From Octopus bimaculoides (Eukaryota): a stretch of DNA of 44,786 nt. Positions within the stretch are counted from its first letter, which is position 1. The number at the start of each line of letters is the position of its first letter. Positions 11,366 through 23,454 of the stretch are shown here, one piece after another. The translations under genes were made by a program, and so were the position numbers. The notes under the pieces were generated by a model that was not told where the DNA came from, searched no databases, and was given only the letters and a program-made list of their open reading frames with translations. The stretch lies in contig NC_068987.1 of assembly GCF_001194135.2 (NCBI RefSeq), forward strand, positions 42,000,571-42,045,356, given 5' to 3'.

Positions 11366-13860
11366 CCCTTTCGTTACCAAACCGCCCAAAGCTGCCCAAA
11401 AAAATTTTGGTTCATGTGACCAAGCCGCCCAAAACCACCCGTAATCACATATTCATATTTAAATGAGAATATCCGAGCAAATCTCGTTAGTACATTTGTG
11501 AAAACACGTGATTATACTGTGTAAACAGTTCAGCTATAGTTTTGTACGACAATCGATGTGTTATTTTGATTTTGTGAATTTTGTGAGATTTTTTTCCAAA
11601 TTTGTTCCTGTTGTGTTTTTAAAATTTGTAATTCTGACAAAAAATGGATACAAATTTTATTCTGTCAAGCAGCGAGTCAGAATTCGAAGGATTTTCCGTT
11701 GAAGACCTTGATAAATCTAACTCTGTAACCGAAAAAAAAAAGCACGTGGTATTTGATAATGAATCTGATGTTTCATTTTCTGAAAGTGAAAGCAGTGAAT
11801 CCGAGAGCTCTGATGATAGCGATAAAGAGAATGAATTGGTACCTGAATGGAGTGAAAATTTGAAAACTTTCTTTCAGTGATTTTTCTGAAGAAACTAGAC
11901 CAAGTCACAGTCTTATCCAGGAGAGCAAATCTTTGGACTATTTCTTTTTGCTTTTTCCAATGTACCTATTTGAAATGATTACGGCGGAAACGAACCGTTA
12001 CGCTGAATGTAAACAAAGTGTAAAAAAGGATAGTTTGTGGTTTCCCACAAACTTGAATGAAATGAAAGCATATTTTGCCATGAATATTATTATGGGCATT
12101 AGAAAGTTACCCAGAATAACAAATTACTGGAGTAGTGATGAACCCTTTGGAGACGAATATGTCTCAAGTATAATGACAAGGACACGGTTTTTAAAATTGA
12201 CTCAATATCTACATGTAAGAGACACGAGCAGTACACCAGTACGTGGAGAACCAGACTTTGATCCCTTATTTAAAATAAGATCCCTCATTGACTGTGTTCA
12301 AAACACATATAAAACAGTTTATAGACCAGAGAGACATTTATCAATTGATGAGGGTATGGTGGGCTATAAAGGCCGAGTGCGTTTTCGACAATANNNNNNN
12401 NNNNNNNNNNNNNNNNNNNNNNNNNNNNNNNNNNNNNNNNNNNNNNNNNNNNNNNNNNNNNNNNNNNNNNNNNNNNNNNNNNNNNNNNNNNNNNNNNNNN
12501 NNNNNNNNNNNNNNNNNNNNNNNNNNNNNNNNNNNNNNNNNNNNNNNNNNNNNNNNNNNNNNNNNNNNNNNNNNNNNNNNNNNNNNNNNNNNNNNNNNNN
12601 NNNNNNNNNNNNNNNNNNNNNNNNNNNNNNNNNNNNNNNNNNNNNNNNNNNNNNNNNNNNNNNNNNNNNNNNNNNNNNNNNNNNNNNNNNNNNNNNNNNN
12701 NNNNNNNNNNNNNNNNNNNNNNNNNNNNNNNNNNNNNNNNNNNNNNNNNNNNNNNNNNNNNNNNNNNNNNNNNNNNNNNNNNNNNNNNNNNNNNNNNNNN
12801 NNNNNNNNNNNNNNNNNNNNNNNNNNNNNNNNNNNNNNNNNNNNNNNNNNNNNNNNNNNNNNNNNNNNNNNNNNNNNNNNNNNNNNNNNNNNNNNNNNNN
12901 NNNNNNNNNNNNNNNNNNNNNNNNNNNNNNNNNNNNNNNNNNNNNNNNNNNNNNNNNNNNNNNNNNNNNNNNNNNNNNNNNNNNNNNNNNNNNNNNNNNN
13001 NNNNNNNNNNNNNNNNNNNNNNNNNNNNNNNNNNNNNNNNNNNNNNNNNNNNNNNNNNNNNNNNNNNNNNNNNNNNNNNNNNNNNNNNNNNNNNNNNNNN
13101 NNNNNNNNNNNNNNNNNNNNNNNNNNNNNNNNNNNNNNNNNNNNNNNNNNNNNNNNNNNNNNNNNNNNNNNNNNNNNNNNNNNNNNNNNNNNNNNNNNNN
13201 NNNNNNNNNNNNNNNNNNNNNNNNNNNNNNNNNNNNNNNNNNNNNNNNNNNNNNNNNNNNNNNNNNNNNNNNNNNNNNNNNNNNNNNNNNNNNNNNNNNN
13301 NNNNNNNNNNNNNNNNNNNNNNNNTGATTAATTTATTTTGTAAATCATTATTGTATATTTCTGTGTATCTATGTATATGGGAAAGCTTATTTAATCTAGT
13401 TGATGGTGTGTGTGTGTATTTTGTTTTCCAGTTTTCTTCAAAGACAAATTCCAGTCTTTTGTTTTATTTATACCTTTATGGTACACCTGTCTTTTGTGTG
13501 TTAAATTCGCCTGATAAATCCAGTAATGTGCACAACTCTTCTATAATAATATTTTGTTGTATACCCAATTGAATATTAGCTAATAACCCATTTTCTATAG
13601 CGATGTTTAAAAAAAAAAATTTTAATAATTTTATATTTTGTTGAATTTACCTGTAATTAGAGTCACCTTGTGACAAAAATTTTGGTATACAATTGGTTGA
13701 GAACCTTTCGTTAAATTATCATCCAAAAATCACATTAATATGTTGATAAATAAAAAAGTTAGAGTTGTTTAATGAAACCAGAGTAAATTTATGATTATGT
13801 GAGAAATTAATTGAAACTCATAAGGGGTGTATTTTGGTTAGAAATATGGTAACGAAAGGG
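11366..13860 (+). mobile_element. Near full-length piggyBac transposon (PGBD4-like, DDE_Tnp_1_7), partly in an assembly gap
   Basis: TTAA TSDs and perfect TIR CCCTTTCGTTACCA. ORF from ATG 11644 with an acidic N-terminus, an apparent frameshift near 11870, then ...RHLSIDEGMVGYKGRVRFRQ running into the gap. Confidence 0.93.
12394..13324. other. Assembly gap (further gaps at 6628-6705 and 38060-38840)
   Basis: N runs. Confidence 0.99.
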
Positions 13861-13962
13861 TTAAGAATCTTTACTAGAAACTTTCCATGAGAGTTTATGA
13901 ATCTATAATAATCCTTTAATTAGTAACTTGGCTAAATAAGACTAACAAAAGTTAGTACATAC

Positions 13963-14278
13963 GCTTCAATATCCTCTCGTGTTCTTTTAATGGTAGACTG
14001 AGACGCTGATGCTTGTGAGTGTTGGGACTGACCCTGGCCATTCCCTGCAGAAACAGCTGATTGTTGAATATCGCTGCCTTCCCCTTCTTGACTGCTCAAG
14101 TTCGAAGTGACAGACAGTGAGGAGTTAGTGGACGTGCTTGAGGATGAAGATACTAAAACAACTGAACCAGGTGTTGATGTCACAGTAGAAGTACTTGCTA
14201 TCACCAACATTGAAGGATATTCCACGTCCACCTGCTGAATTGGTGCCACTGACGTTGGTGTTACAGACAAAGAAGACT
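13963..14278 (-). CDS. TPR: TPR coding exon 10 (phase 1 to 2)
   Basis: ttccacttcctgtag|AGTCTT...GAAGC|gtatgt. S/T-rich, ending TIKRTREDIEA (cf. TPR KRTREEEE). An alternative in-frame acceptor lies at 14344. Confidence 0.87.
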
Positions 14279-14537
14279 CTACAGGAAGTGGAAACAAAAC
14301 AAAGCAAGAGAGAGCACATTGAGACGACAAAGAAGCCAATAAGTCTAAACAAATAATAAATATCTTTAAAATTTTAATGAATTCATGCAAGAAAGAAAGT
14401 ATTTAAGAAAAGTAAGTATTCAATTCAAAAAGTTGAAGAAAAGTCGAGAAGCTATATAAAACTTAGAAGAGAGAGAAATAGGGTGAATCTTTTTATTTTT
14501 TGGTTTACTTGTCAACAGTAACCATCAACACACTTAC

Positions 14538-14654
14538 CTTGCATCAACTCAATTTGAGGAGTAACACGCTGGATCTGCTGAACTGGTCGATTAGTCAAAG
14601 GCACTGATGTACTACTAAGTTGATTAATGGCTGAAGGGGGACTATCTGTAACAC
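14538..14654 (-). CDS. TPR: TPR coding exon 9 (phase 1 to 1)
   Basis: ttattgctcag|GTGTTAC...CAAG|gtaagt. Encodes VTDSPPSAINQLSSTSVPLTNRPVQQIQRVTPQIELMQ. Confidence 0.85.
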
Positions 14655-16745
14655 CTGAGCAATAAAAGGCATTATTTAAAACAAAGTTGAAATTAGTACA
14701 AGAGACTGCAACTCAAAGACATTTCAGTCATACAGGAGCATTTTGACAAATGAAAGATAGATGAAAGTAGATTATTTTTTTTGTTACTATTTTAATTTAT
14801 AAGAAAATAGAGATCACATATACTGTTGTAAGCATTAATTAATTGTTCTACCTCCCATAAACAGGACCATTGGAACTTTCAAGAATCCAACTCAATGTTG
14901 TTGGATTCTGATTTGTGACACTTTTTATAAAAAAGTGATTAAATGTGAGTCTCCCCCTTACATGAAGGGCTCACATTCTTTTTATATCAGAAATTTTTTG
15001 TGACAAGGAATCTACTCCGACCAACAAAAATATAAGATAAAAATTATTAAAGAGCTAGGAACTAATTGCAAGCCTTAAAACAAGTCTGAAACATCTGTAT
15101 GGTGTTCAATATTCATGTCTGCTTCAATTCTAAGGATATGCAATGATGTACAGACTTTCAACTTCATGAACAATCAATTGATCCAACTTGATTATGTCTC
15201 ATTTGGCGCTACATTGAGTCACTACCACAACCAGTACTGCTACTAAATAATGGAACATATACTACATCCATTTTTCTATTCTGCTATCGATAAACACCAC
15301 ACAAAAAGGATAGATACAAATGAAGATAAAAAAATTCAAGAATATAAACTTCTCAGATTATGTTCTCGACATTATACAGATTAGCACATTTCTATGCCTG
15401 TCACTTACCTTTCAGACTTCTACGAACCTATTCATCTTTAATCCTGTCCCTATTCTCTCTATATACAACTTGTACCTTGAGGGCACATCCTGATACCTCA
15501 TCTCCACCATCCTTTCTCCCTTTCTGGTTGAGATATCCATGTAACTCCTCTGCAGCAAGACACCTGTTCAAGTCCTATCATGCTTTAACCTCTCAGCATC
15601 TGGCAGAAAACCAGCTCCTTCAATACTACACCACCCCACTCAGTACTTTGGCTCACTGGATCCTTTAAAACCATTCAACCCATACTGGTATGGAATTTGA
15701 ACATTAAATGATGTATATGTTTCTTTGTTACTGTTCTATTTCAAATTCAACCTTTAAAATGATTAGGATCATAAGAATTACAGAGAGCTGACACAAAAGT
15801 ACATTCTTTTCACAAACAATATGTACACTGCACATGACTTCAGTCTCTGAAAAGTTTAGATAGCAAGAGAAATGTACTCCTAGCTAGGGTCTTAGTTTAT
15901 CACAGAGAACCTAAACTAATTTTTCATTAATGTATAATAGGTTACTGACAGAATCTCAGAAGCCAATAGTCATTGAACCTGTTTTATACTCACCACTTGA
16001 TCAATGCTGACTTGAGAGATGAAATTAAAGAAATGTAAAAATTAAAGCTAACACTATAAAAAACACGTTCAGCTGGAATTGAACCTATAATATGCCATGA
16101 CTGTGCAGTTTTCTTCAGAACCACAAGGTTCTAGATTTGACCAAATGACAAAGACTCTTCTTTGTCATTTTTACCACTAGAAATGCTGTGAACCAATGAT
16201 TGGTCTGTTGGTAATCTATAACCAATGATTTGGCTGTTCACAAAAATATGTGGATAAAAAAAGACTTAATCAGAAAACTCACTAAAAAGCATACATGTAG
16301 TATGTTTTATTAGTACATTTTAATAGTTTCATCGATCTGCCTTTTATTTGATCCACATCAACCAATTTGTTCTACAGATAGCTTTCATCCAGTTTTCCTT
16401 CCAGTGTAATAACTCTCTTATCAATTAGAGTAAACTCTTGCTTTGTCTTTTCTGTAAGAACATTTGTATAAGCTCTACAGAATGGTCAGCTCAGGTGTAA
16501 TAATAAAAATGGTTTCTAACATAGATCCAAAGCCAGAGATTTTTGGTGGGAAGAAATTCACTCAATCAGTTCAACTCCATTACTTGGTGGTACTAAATTT
16601 CATAAATACTATAATGATGACATGCAAAGTCAGAGAAACAAGGTGTGTTGCTGAGAAAGAGAAAGAGACTTAAGAATGAAAAAGTCTGAAAAGTGAAAGA
16701 GAAAAAGAAGAGAGTAAAGAACATTCCATTTATAAAAATATTTAC

Positions 16746-16978
16746 CATCATGAGGTTCTTGAGCTGTAATGGTGGTTGGCATAACAGTGGCTGTTGGTGT
16801 TGTGGCAGAAACTGGACTAGCTGTGGTGGAAGCAATTGCCATGGGTTTTATACTTGCAGTTGCTTTTGCAGCAGCGGCAGCAGATGCATGCTGGACAGCT
16901 GTCTGCCTCACAGGAGCTGGTGTTGTTGAGGTCATTGGCCTTATGTTGGCCATCTTAGGAGCTTCACCCACAGGGAGG
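16746..16978 (-). CDS. TPR: TPR coding exon 8 (phase 2 to 1)
   Basis: ccatttttag|CCTCCC...GATG|gtaaat. Contains ANIRPM and ASIKPM...TTPTATVMPTT (cf. TPR ASIRPM...TTPTATVMPTT). Confidence 0.93.
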
Positions 16979-17761
16979 CTAAAAATGGTAATTACAAGCA
17001 AAACATTTATTTTGAGTGAAATTCAATAGTATTTGTTCTATCCACCCAACAAATAATTACCTAACATACAAGTAGAGAACTATAAGGGTGTGAAAATGAG
17101 GGGAGGTGTCAGGGTCTGAAGAAAGAAAAGGGAGTGAGAATTCACAGCCTGTCACCAGTCCTACACTGTTGTCGTTTAGTCCTAGGTCATTCCAATCCTG
17201 ATTGAGTAGGTCTATGATCAAGTACATTATCTGACGTATCCTCAATTGTTGAAGATGAAGGTGCTTAATTTGAGAGAGACTGAACTGCTATTTCTAGCAT
17301 GTCGAAGCTCCATAGTTGGCTTGTGCAATGCATGGTCCCTGCCAAAGACACCCAACACTGACTAAGAGGTATAGGTGACTGTTTTAAGCAGTTAGTACTT
17401 TGTGTAAATACTCTAAGTACTTTAAACAGTGCACACACTGTATAACCAATACATATTTTAAACAGTAAGTACACTATGTAATCAATAAATACTTTCAGTA
17501 GAGGTAGATTTTATATGGCAGGATGCTCTTCATGCCACCAAGCCTCACCCATTTCCAAGCAAAGTAATATTTCCTTCTGACTAGATATGTTTTCACAGAA
17601 GGATGAAAACAAAGGATGCCATTTGTATAACAATGATGCTTGTTTATAACTATCATGTGATATCATGACAAAGAGGCACAAACACATAAACTTCTTTCAG
17701 TTTCTGTCTACCAAATCTACTCACATGGCTTTGGTTAGCTCAAGGCTATATTAGAAAACAT

Positions 17762-17996
17762 AGGTGAGCTGACAGAATTGTTAGCAAGCCAGGTGAAAAG
17801 CTTAGCAGTATTTCGTCTGCCATTACATTCTGAGTTCAAATTTTGCCAAGGTTGACTTTGCCTTTCATCCTTCCAGGGTCGATTAAACAAGTACCGATTA
17901 CAACACTGGGGTCGATGCAATCGACAATTCCTTTGTCTGTCTTTATTTGTCCATTCTACGTTAAGCCCCCTGTGGGCAATAAAGAAATATATATTA
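17762..17996 (+). mobile_element. tRNA-derived SINE, full length
   Basis: ggtgagctgacagaattgttagc...ttctgagttcaaattttgcc...gtgggcaataaagaaata, with A- and B-box-like motifs. Confidence 0.85.
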
Positions 17997-17999
17997 GAA

Positions 18000-18928
18000 A
18001 ACAGCATCAGTTGTGGTGTGCAAGAGAGACGATTGCGCTGGTATGGTCATGTGGCGAGAATGGATTAGGATAGCTGTGTGAAAAAGTGCCACACCCTAGC
18101 GGTTGAGGGAACCTGTGGAAGAAGTAGACCCAGGAAAACCTGGGATGAGGTGGTGAAGCATGACCTTCGAACATTAGGCCTCACCGAGGCAATGACTTGT
18201 GACCGAGACCTTTGGAAATATGCTGTGCATGAGAAGATCTGGCAAGCCAAGTGAGACCATAATCCTAGGCCTCTGCCAGGGGTGTAACCAGCCCACTTAT
18301 GCGTACCTTTCCTTCTTTGGACACAAAACCCTGCTTGCGAAGACCTGTTGAGGCAAGTGAAATTGAAATCGAACCAAATTTGACAACTGGCACCTGTGCC
18401 AACCTCTCCTTCATTGGCCACTAAACTCGGCTTGTGAAGACCTGTTGGGGCACGTGAAAGTGAAATCATGATGGCACCTGTACCAGTGGAGCGTTAAGAG
18501 TACCGTCCGAGCGTGATCGTTGCCAGAGCAGCTGTCTGGCTTCCGTGCCAGTGGAACGTAAATAGCACCATTTGAGCGTGATCGTTACCAGCGTCACCTT
18601 ACTGGCACTTGTGCCGGTGGCACGTGAAAAGACATTCGAGCGAGATCGTTGCCAGTGCTGCTGGACTGGCTCCTGTGCAGGTGACACGAAAAATACACAA
18701 TTTTGAGCATGGCCGTTGCCAGTACTGCCTGACTGGTCCTTGTGTTGGTGGCACATAAAAGCACCCACTACACTCTCGGAGTGGTTGGCGTTAGGAAGGG
18801 CATCTAGTCGTAGAGACTCTGCCAAATCAGATTGGAGCCTGGTGTAGCCATCTGGTCCACCAGTCCTCAGTCAAATCGTCCAACCCATGCTAGCCAGTAA
18901 GGCGGACGTTAAACGATGATGATGATGA
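18000..18928 (+). mobile_element. RTE-clade LINE, 5'-truncated, with long 3' UTR
   Basis: Encodes ERRLRWYGHVARM...GTCGRSRPRKTWDEVVKHDLRTLGL...DRDLWK. Ends gttaaac(gat)n. Confidence 0.9.
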
Positions 18929-19441
18929 TTTTCCCAAAGAGCCACAGTGTGTGGTTTAGAAGCAAACTTCTTAACCACAGCCATGCCTGCACCTTATTGA
19001 ATTTAATTAACTGGTGCTTACTTGATTTTAATTGAATAGGATTTAGCCCCTAGTTTTCCTTATTACTTATCCCTGTATTCATACATCCTAAAATATGAGC
19101 CAACTTGTTTCATTAGTGACTTCTACAACTCAAGCTTGTCCCTCATGGCCCCTACTCAAATCTCAGCCAATGCATATAATATATATGAGTAGCACACATA
19201 AGTATATAAGTGTATACCATATATGAGTATATACTTTTATGTATGTAAGTACTTACCTTATATAAGGATTATATGCCCAGGCCAACAGACTTTCTTGAAC
19301 ACAATAAAACTCATATTTGTCATAATAAAGGCACTTCTTTTTTTAACCAAATAGCAGATTAGATACTATCTCATTTTTTCCCAACCAACTTTCTGCTAAA
19401 CACAGCACACTTGTAACAGGCTCTGCACTGTTCACCTAAAT

Positions 19442-19940
19442 CAGGAGCCACCAAACTTTTTTGACCATCGACCTCATTTAGCCACTTCTCCTTTGGCATT
19501 GACCACCTTCCTCATTTAAAATATCTTAATACCCTACTGTACCATATCTTAAATGCGTACCAGGTACTGATGCTGGCAATTAAAATGTTAGCTAAAATAT
19601 ACATGTATGACAAATTAAAAAATTCTATTGAAGATGTGACACTTTTTACATTTAAAACTACACGTACAAGGATACAGTATTAAACTTTCAATTTTTATGA
19701 AATTGTTTTCACAGTTAGAAAATTTGAAAAACACATCATATTGCTGGAATATTTTTTATTGAAATTGACAACATCAATGTGTGGGATGAGCATGGCGCTG
19801 ACTAAGTATTTCAAGCAGTTCATCTGGGTGAGCTGGCTTTTCGCATGCCAACCCCCATTCGACTCCTTGGCTATCATCGACCCCCTGTAATTCCTCACTG
19901 GCCCCAAGGGGGTCCCTCAGACTTTCTTTGGCGACCCCTG
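19442..19940. mobile_element. Old hAT MITE
   Basis: TIRs caggagccaccaaa / tttggcgacccctg. Diverged 8-bp TSD acctaaat / gcctgaac, differing by transitions only. Confidence 0.6.
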
Positions 19941-20360
19941 GCCTGAACAATTATAAAGTGAAAACTACAGTAGGGTCTCAGAACAGGGTGGAGTTTAGTC
20001 TATCAAGATGATAAAACATGCGAGTTCAGAATGTAGAATTTGGCATAGACAGGTTGCAAGAAATACTGGCTGTTTTTTTTTCAGACAAAACCCATAATAA
20101 CTATGTACTACTACTACTACTACTACAACTACTACTACTACAACTACTACTACTAGTTACAACATTCTAATAATAAACTTGTTTTCTATTAATTAATTGA
20201 TTTGAGGAAAAGTTGCACTGCCGCTAAGAGTTCCTTCACAGGCTCTTCTACACTGAAGGAATGAGTAATTCCTCTAAGAATCAAGTTCATTTTCAAAGTT
20301 CTTAACTTGAAAGCATCACTACTACCAAAAGAGAAACAATATGAGAGTAATTGATGTTAC

Positions 20361-20455
20361 CTGAGTCTATCAGCAGATGCAGCAGGTGTTGTTGTTCTCG
20401 ATGATGGTGGTTGCTGTTTCTGTTTCACCTCTAGTTGCTTTTGGATTTGTTGTAC
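20361..20455 (-). CDS. TPR: TPR coding exon 7 (phase 0 to 2)
   Basis: ttgttccttcag|GTACAA...CTCAG|gtaaca. Encodes VQQIQKQLEVKQKQQPPSSRTTTPAASADRL. Confidence 0.85.
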
Positions 20456-20673
20456 CTGAAGGAACAAAAGTTGTACATTGAATTAGAATGAAGCATTGGA
20501 CATCGTAAGAAAGAAGGAAGAAATATATGTAGTGTAAGGAAGATAAAAGGGGAGTGAAAAAGAGAGTTATACAGATAGGAAGAGGACAAAAAATGCAAGA
20601 AAGGGATCCTGGAAGGACCATCAATACACACTGGACAAAATTAAGGAAAAATAACAGAATTAAACACAGTAAC

Positions 20674-20834
20674 CTTAGCTTGCAGTTCAGCATTTTCTTT
20701 CTGGATCTGTTTTAAGTCACCGGCAGCTGGAGCAGCACTAACAGCTCGTCTTGCTTCTTCCAACTCTCTCTCAAGGCTGTTAATACGACTCTCATATTGA
20801 CTCTTAATACTGTTCTCTCGCATCACACTTTCAG
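20674..20834 (-). CDS. TPR: TPR coding exon 6 (phase 1 to 0)
   Basis: atgctcag|CTGAAAG...GCTAAG|gttact. Contains KSQYESRINSLERELEE (cf. TPR KSQYEGRISRLERELRE). Confidence 0.92.
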
Positions 20835-21577
20835 CTGAGCATTTAAAAATAAACAATACATATATTTTAGCATGCTACACATATGTACGTCATAAAATAA
20901 AATAACAAATGACACATTAATTTGGAGTTATTCAATTTAAGTTACAAAATTGTGACTTCTCCAGGAATAATGTGATATTCCTGAAGAAATTGCAAGAAAT
21001 TAAGTTGAATAACACAGTTTCTGCCTACCCAATTACAATATTGAGAGCTTGGCTCAAGACAGGTTTATTGTAGCAGAAGACACTCATCTTAAGGTTCAAT
21101 GAGACTGAACCTAAGACCTACTGATTGTGAGGCAAACTTCTTAACCATTCATCCATATCTAACAGGGTGGGGCAGAGAGGATGAATGTTTTTGAAATGGC
21201 TATTACTCAACCACAGGGGGAGAGACATATGTCCAACAGGTACCATTCGGTCCGTGGTGTCATAGCATTTTATTTTTCTTTTCAGGTGAAGCCATGGCAC
21301 TGTGGACAATAGAGCATCGTATGTTTGCCTATGACAGTTACCTGATGAATAATGAGTCTGTCACAGCAGTTCAGCATAAATTTTGGCGCCACATCAACAT
21401 TTACTGAAATCAGACTGTTCCCACCCATAACACAATTTTATGTTGGGTGAATGCACTTCGTACATGAGGTACACTAATGAGTAGGAGATTATAGTACAGA
21501 CCTCGGAAAATGTGGAACATGTCAGACAAATTACTATTTTTTAAAAATCTCAGGAGATATTCAGCAACAGTACTTTG

Positions 21578-22021
21578 TAGTAAAGATAGTTTGCCAACCT
21601 AAGATGGCAGTCCTGGTTTAGGACAAATGTTGCTGTAATTTAGCCCCAGGAGACTTTGTCTCCAGCTGGCTATACGACATGATCTGTGTCCTTATATTTT
21701 CAAACAAGGGAATCTAGCACCCCCACTCAGCTCAAAAAACAATATCTGTGTATCGTGATTTCCAGGTTATTTCCCTTCATCAGTACAGAAAAAAAAAAAA
21801 AGCAATTTTCTAATTTATAGATAAGTGACTAGTAGTTGTCACTTTGAAAACTATATATTTCAAACGGGAATTTGGCAGTCAATTCTAGCTGAACAATTAT
21901 TCTCTGCTGATGAAGGGAAATCACGATACACAGATATTGTTTTGAGCCGAGTGGGGGTGCTAGATTCCCTTGTTCGAAAATATAAGGACTGCCATGTTAT
22001 GTTGGCAAACAATCTTTGCTA
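21578..22021. mobile_element. Foldback element with hammerhead-like motifs in both arms (Penelope-like/retrozyme-related)
   Basis: Long inverted arms around a spacer of about 110 bp. The arm sequence is homologous to 44260-44460. Confidence 0.7.
21745..21789 (-). ncRNA. Minimal type-I hammerhead ribozyme motif (core intact, helices imperfect)
   Basis: tctgta CTGATGA aggg-aaataa-cctg GAAA tcacga TA cacaga. Helix I pairs 5/6 and the cleavage triplet is AUA. Confidence 0.55.
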
Positions 22022-23454
22022 TGTCAGACAAACTTGAATATGGTGTCAAAATTGCTCTGCTTAGAGGCATTCCACTGAACTTGGCATTGGTATTCGATTG
22101 ATAAGGTATATTTCGCATGAAGACCTGCATTTCCACCTGTAAAAGTTGGTCACTGGACAACAGTTGAAACCATGGGACTATGCACAGCAGCTTAACTTTG
22201 CACGTCAGATGGAAGCAATTTTTGAGCAAATGACAAATCTCATTTTGCTAATGAGTGATAAAGCTCATTTTCATCTCAAAGGCATGGTGAATCAACAGAA
22301 CTGTCGTTATTGGGCTCTTGAAAATTTGAGAGAGCTGCACGAAAGACCACTGTGCAGCCCAAAAGTGAGTCTGGTGTGCTGTTGGAAAAGCTGCTATCAT
22401 TGGTCCTTACTTTTTGAAGACAATAATAGAAATGCAGTTACTGTGAACTCTGGTTGCTACATCGAGTGTTACATTCATTGTGCCTGAATTATGATGAAAA
22501 CGTAAGCCTATTTAATGTGTGTGGTGTGAGCAGGATGGGGTGATACTCCACACAGAGCATCAATGGATGTTCTTTGCCCTCTCTCCAGTGACCGCCTTAT
22601 TTCCAGGTTTGCTGACATTCCTTGGCTCCCTTATTTGTCCATGTCTGATTATTTCTTGTGAGGAAACCTCAAGGCACATCTATATGTGCATAAGCCCCAT
22701 ACAATATGAAGGAAGCTATCAGTGTGGAAGTCGCCCAAATCAACAGAGCAATGCTGGAGAGAGTGGAGGCTAACCTCCAAGAATGCCTTCAGAAATGCAT
22801 CAATGAAAACGGACACCACATGATGGATACTGTTTTCCACACTTGATTTTGACAAAAACTAATTCAATACGAACATACTAATGTCAATAACATTTATTTG
22901 CAGCAAAAATTAATGATTTTGTGAATTTTTCAAAAACATCTGTCCTCTCTGCCCTACCCTGTACATCTGATACCCACACGTCTTATACACACACATACAG
23001 ATATACACATGTAGGAGTGTAGAAGTGTATATATATATAAAATAGCATAAGCAGTTTTCTGATGCTGAAACATATATGCATAAATGTAATGTATGCAAAT
23101 TTAAGCACAAATCTCAATGTTAATGTACTTTGCATGATCAATTCTATTCAGGAGCAGGTTTGAAAAAAATATAATTGTGTATTGAGCAATGTTTAGACTT
23201 TTGTCTGACAAAATACAAAGTCTTAAGATTGAATTTACATTCTTAGTTCACTCACAGTAGGGCTGTGAAGTATTTTAACTATTTCAGTTCTAATTTACAG
23301 TGCTGTGCATAAAATAGACATTATTTAATTAATGACAAGTCAGTCAAAAGCACAAATATGCAAATTAGGGTGTCTACTAATGTGCTACACCACTTCATGA
23401 TTGCTTTATACAGCAGCTGACCTGTGGAATTGACTAGGAGAGGAAGCTGAGTAT

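Larger units (their letters stand above)
17500..18992. mobile_element. Nested stack: minus-strand SINE (17500-17760 and 18930-18992) interrupted by a plus SINE and an RTE 3' fragment
   Basis: The two halves of the minus-strand SINE flank the two younger inserts. Confidence 0.6.
21163..22961 (+). mobile_element. Tc1/mariner-superfamily transposon (DUF4817-type), pseudogenised
   Basis: TIRs cagggtRgggcagagagga...atgtttttgaaa, with TA at the right end. MALWTIEHRMFAY N-terminus and SDKAHFHLKGMVNQQNCRYW catalytic-region motif, with stops and frameshifts. Confidence 0.88.

Noticed and set aside
11366-13860. piggyBac acting as an alternative terminal exon of TPR, like CSB-PGBD3
   Set aside because: The transposase is on the plus strand and TPR is on the minus strand, so no fusion is possible.
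16143-16170. Perfect 12-bp hairpin (also a 10-bp hairpin at 14882-14909)
   Set aside because: Isolated AT-rich stems of this size are plausible by chance or as repeat debris in 45 kb.
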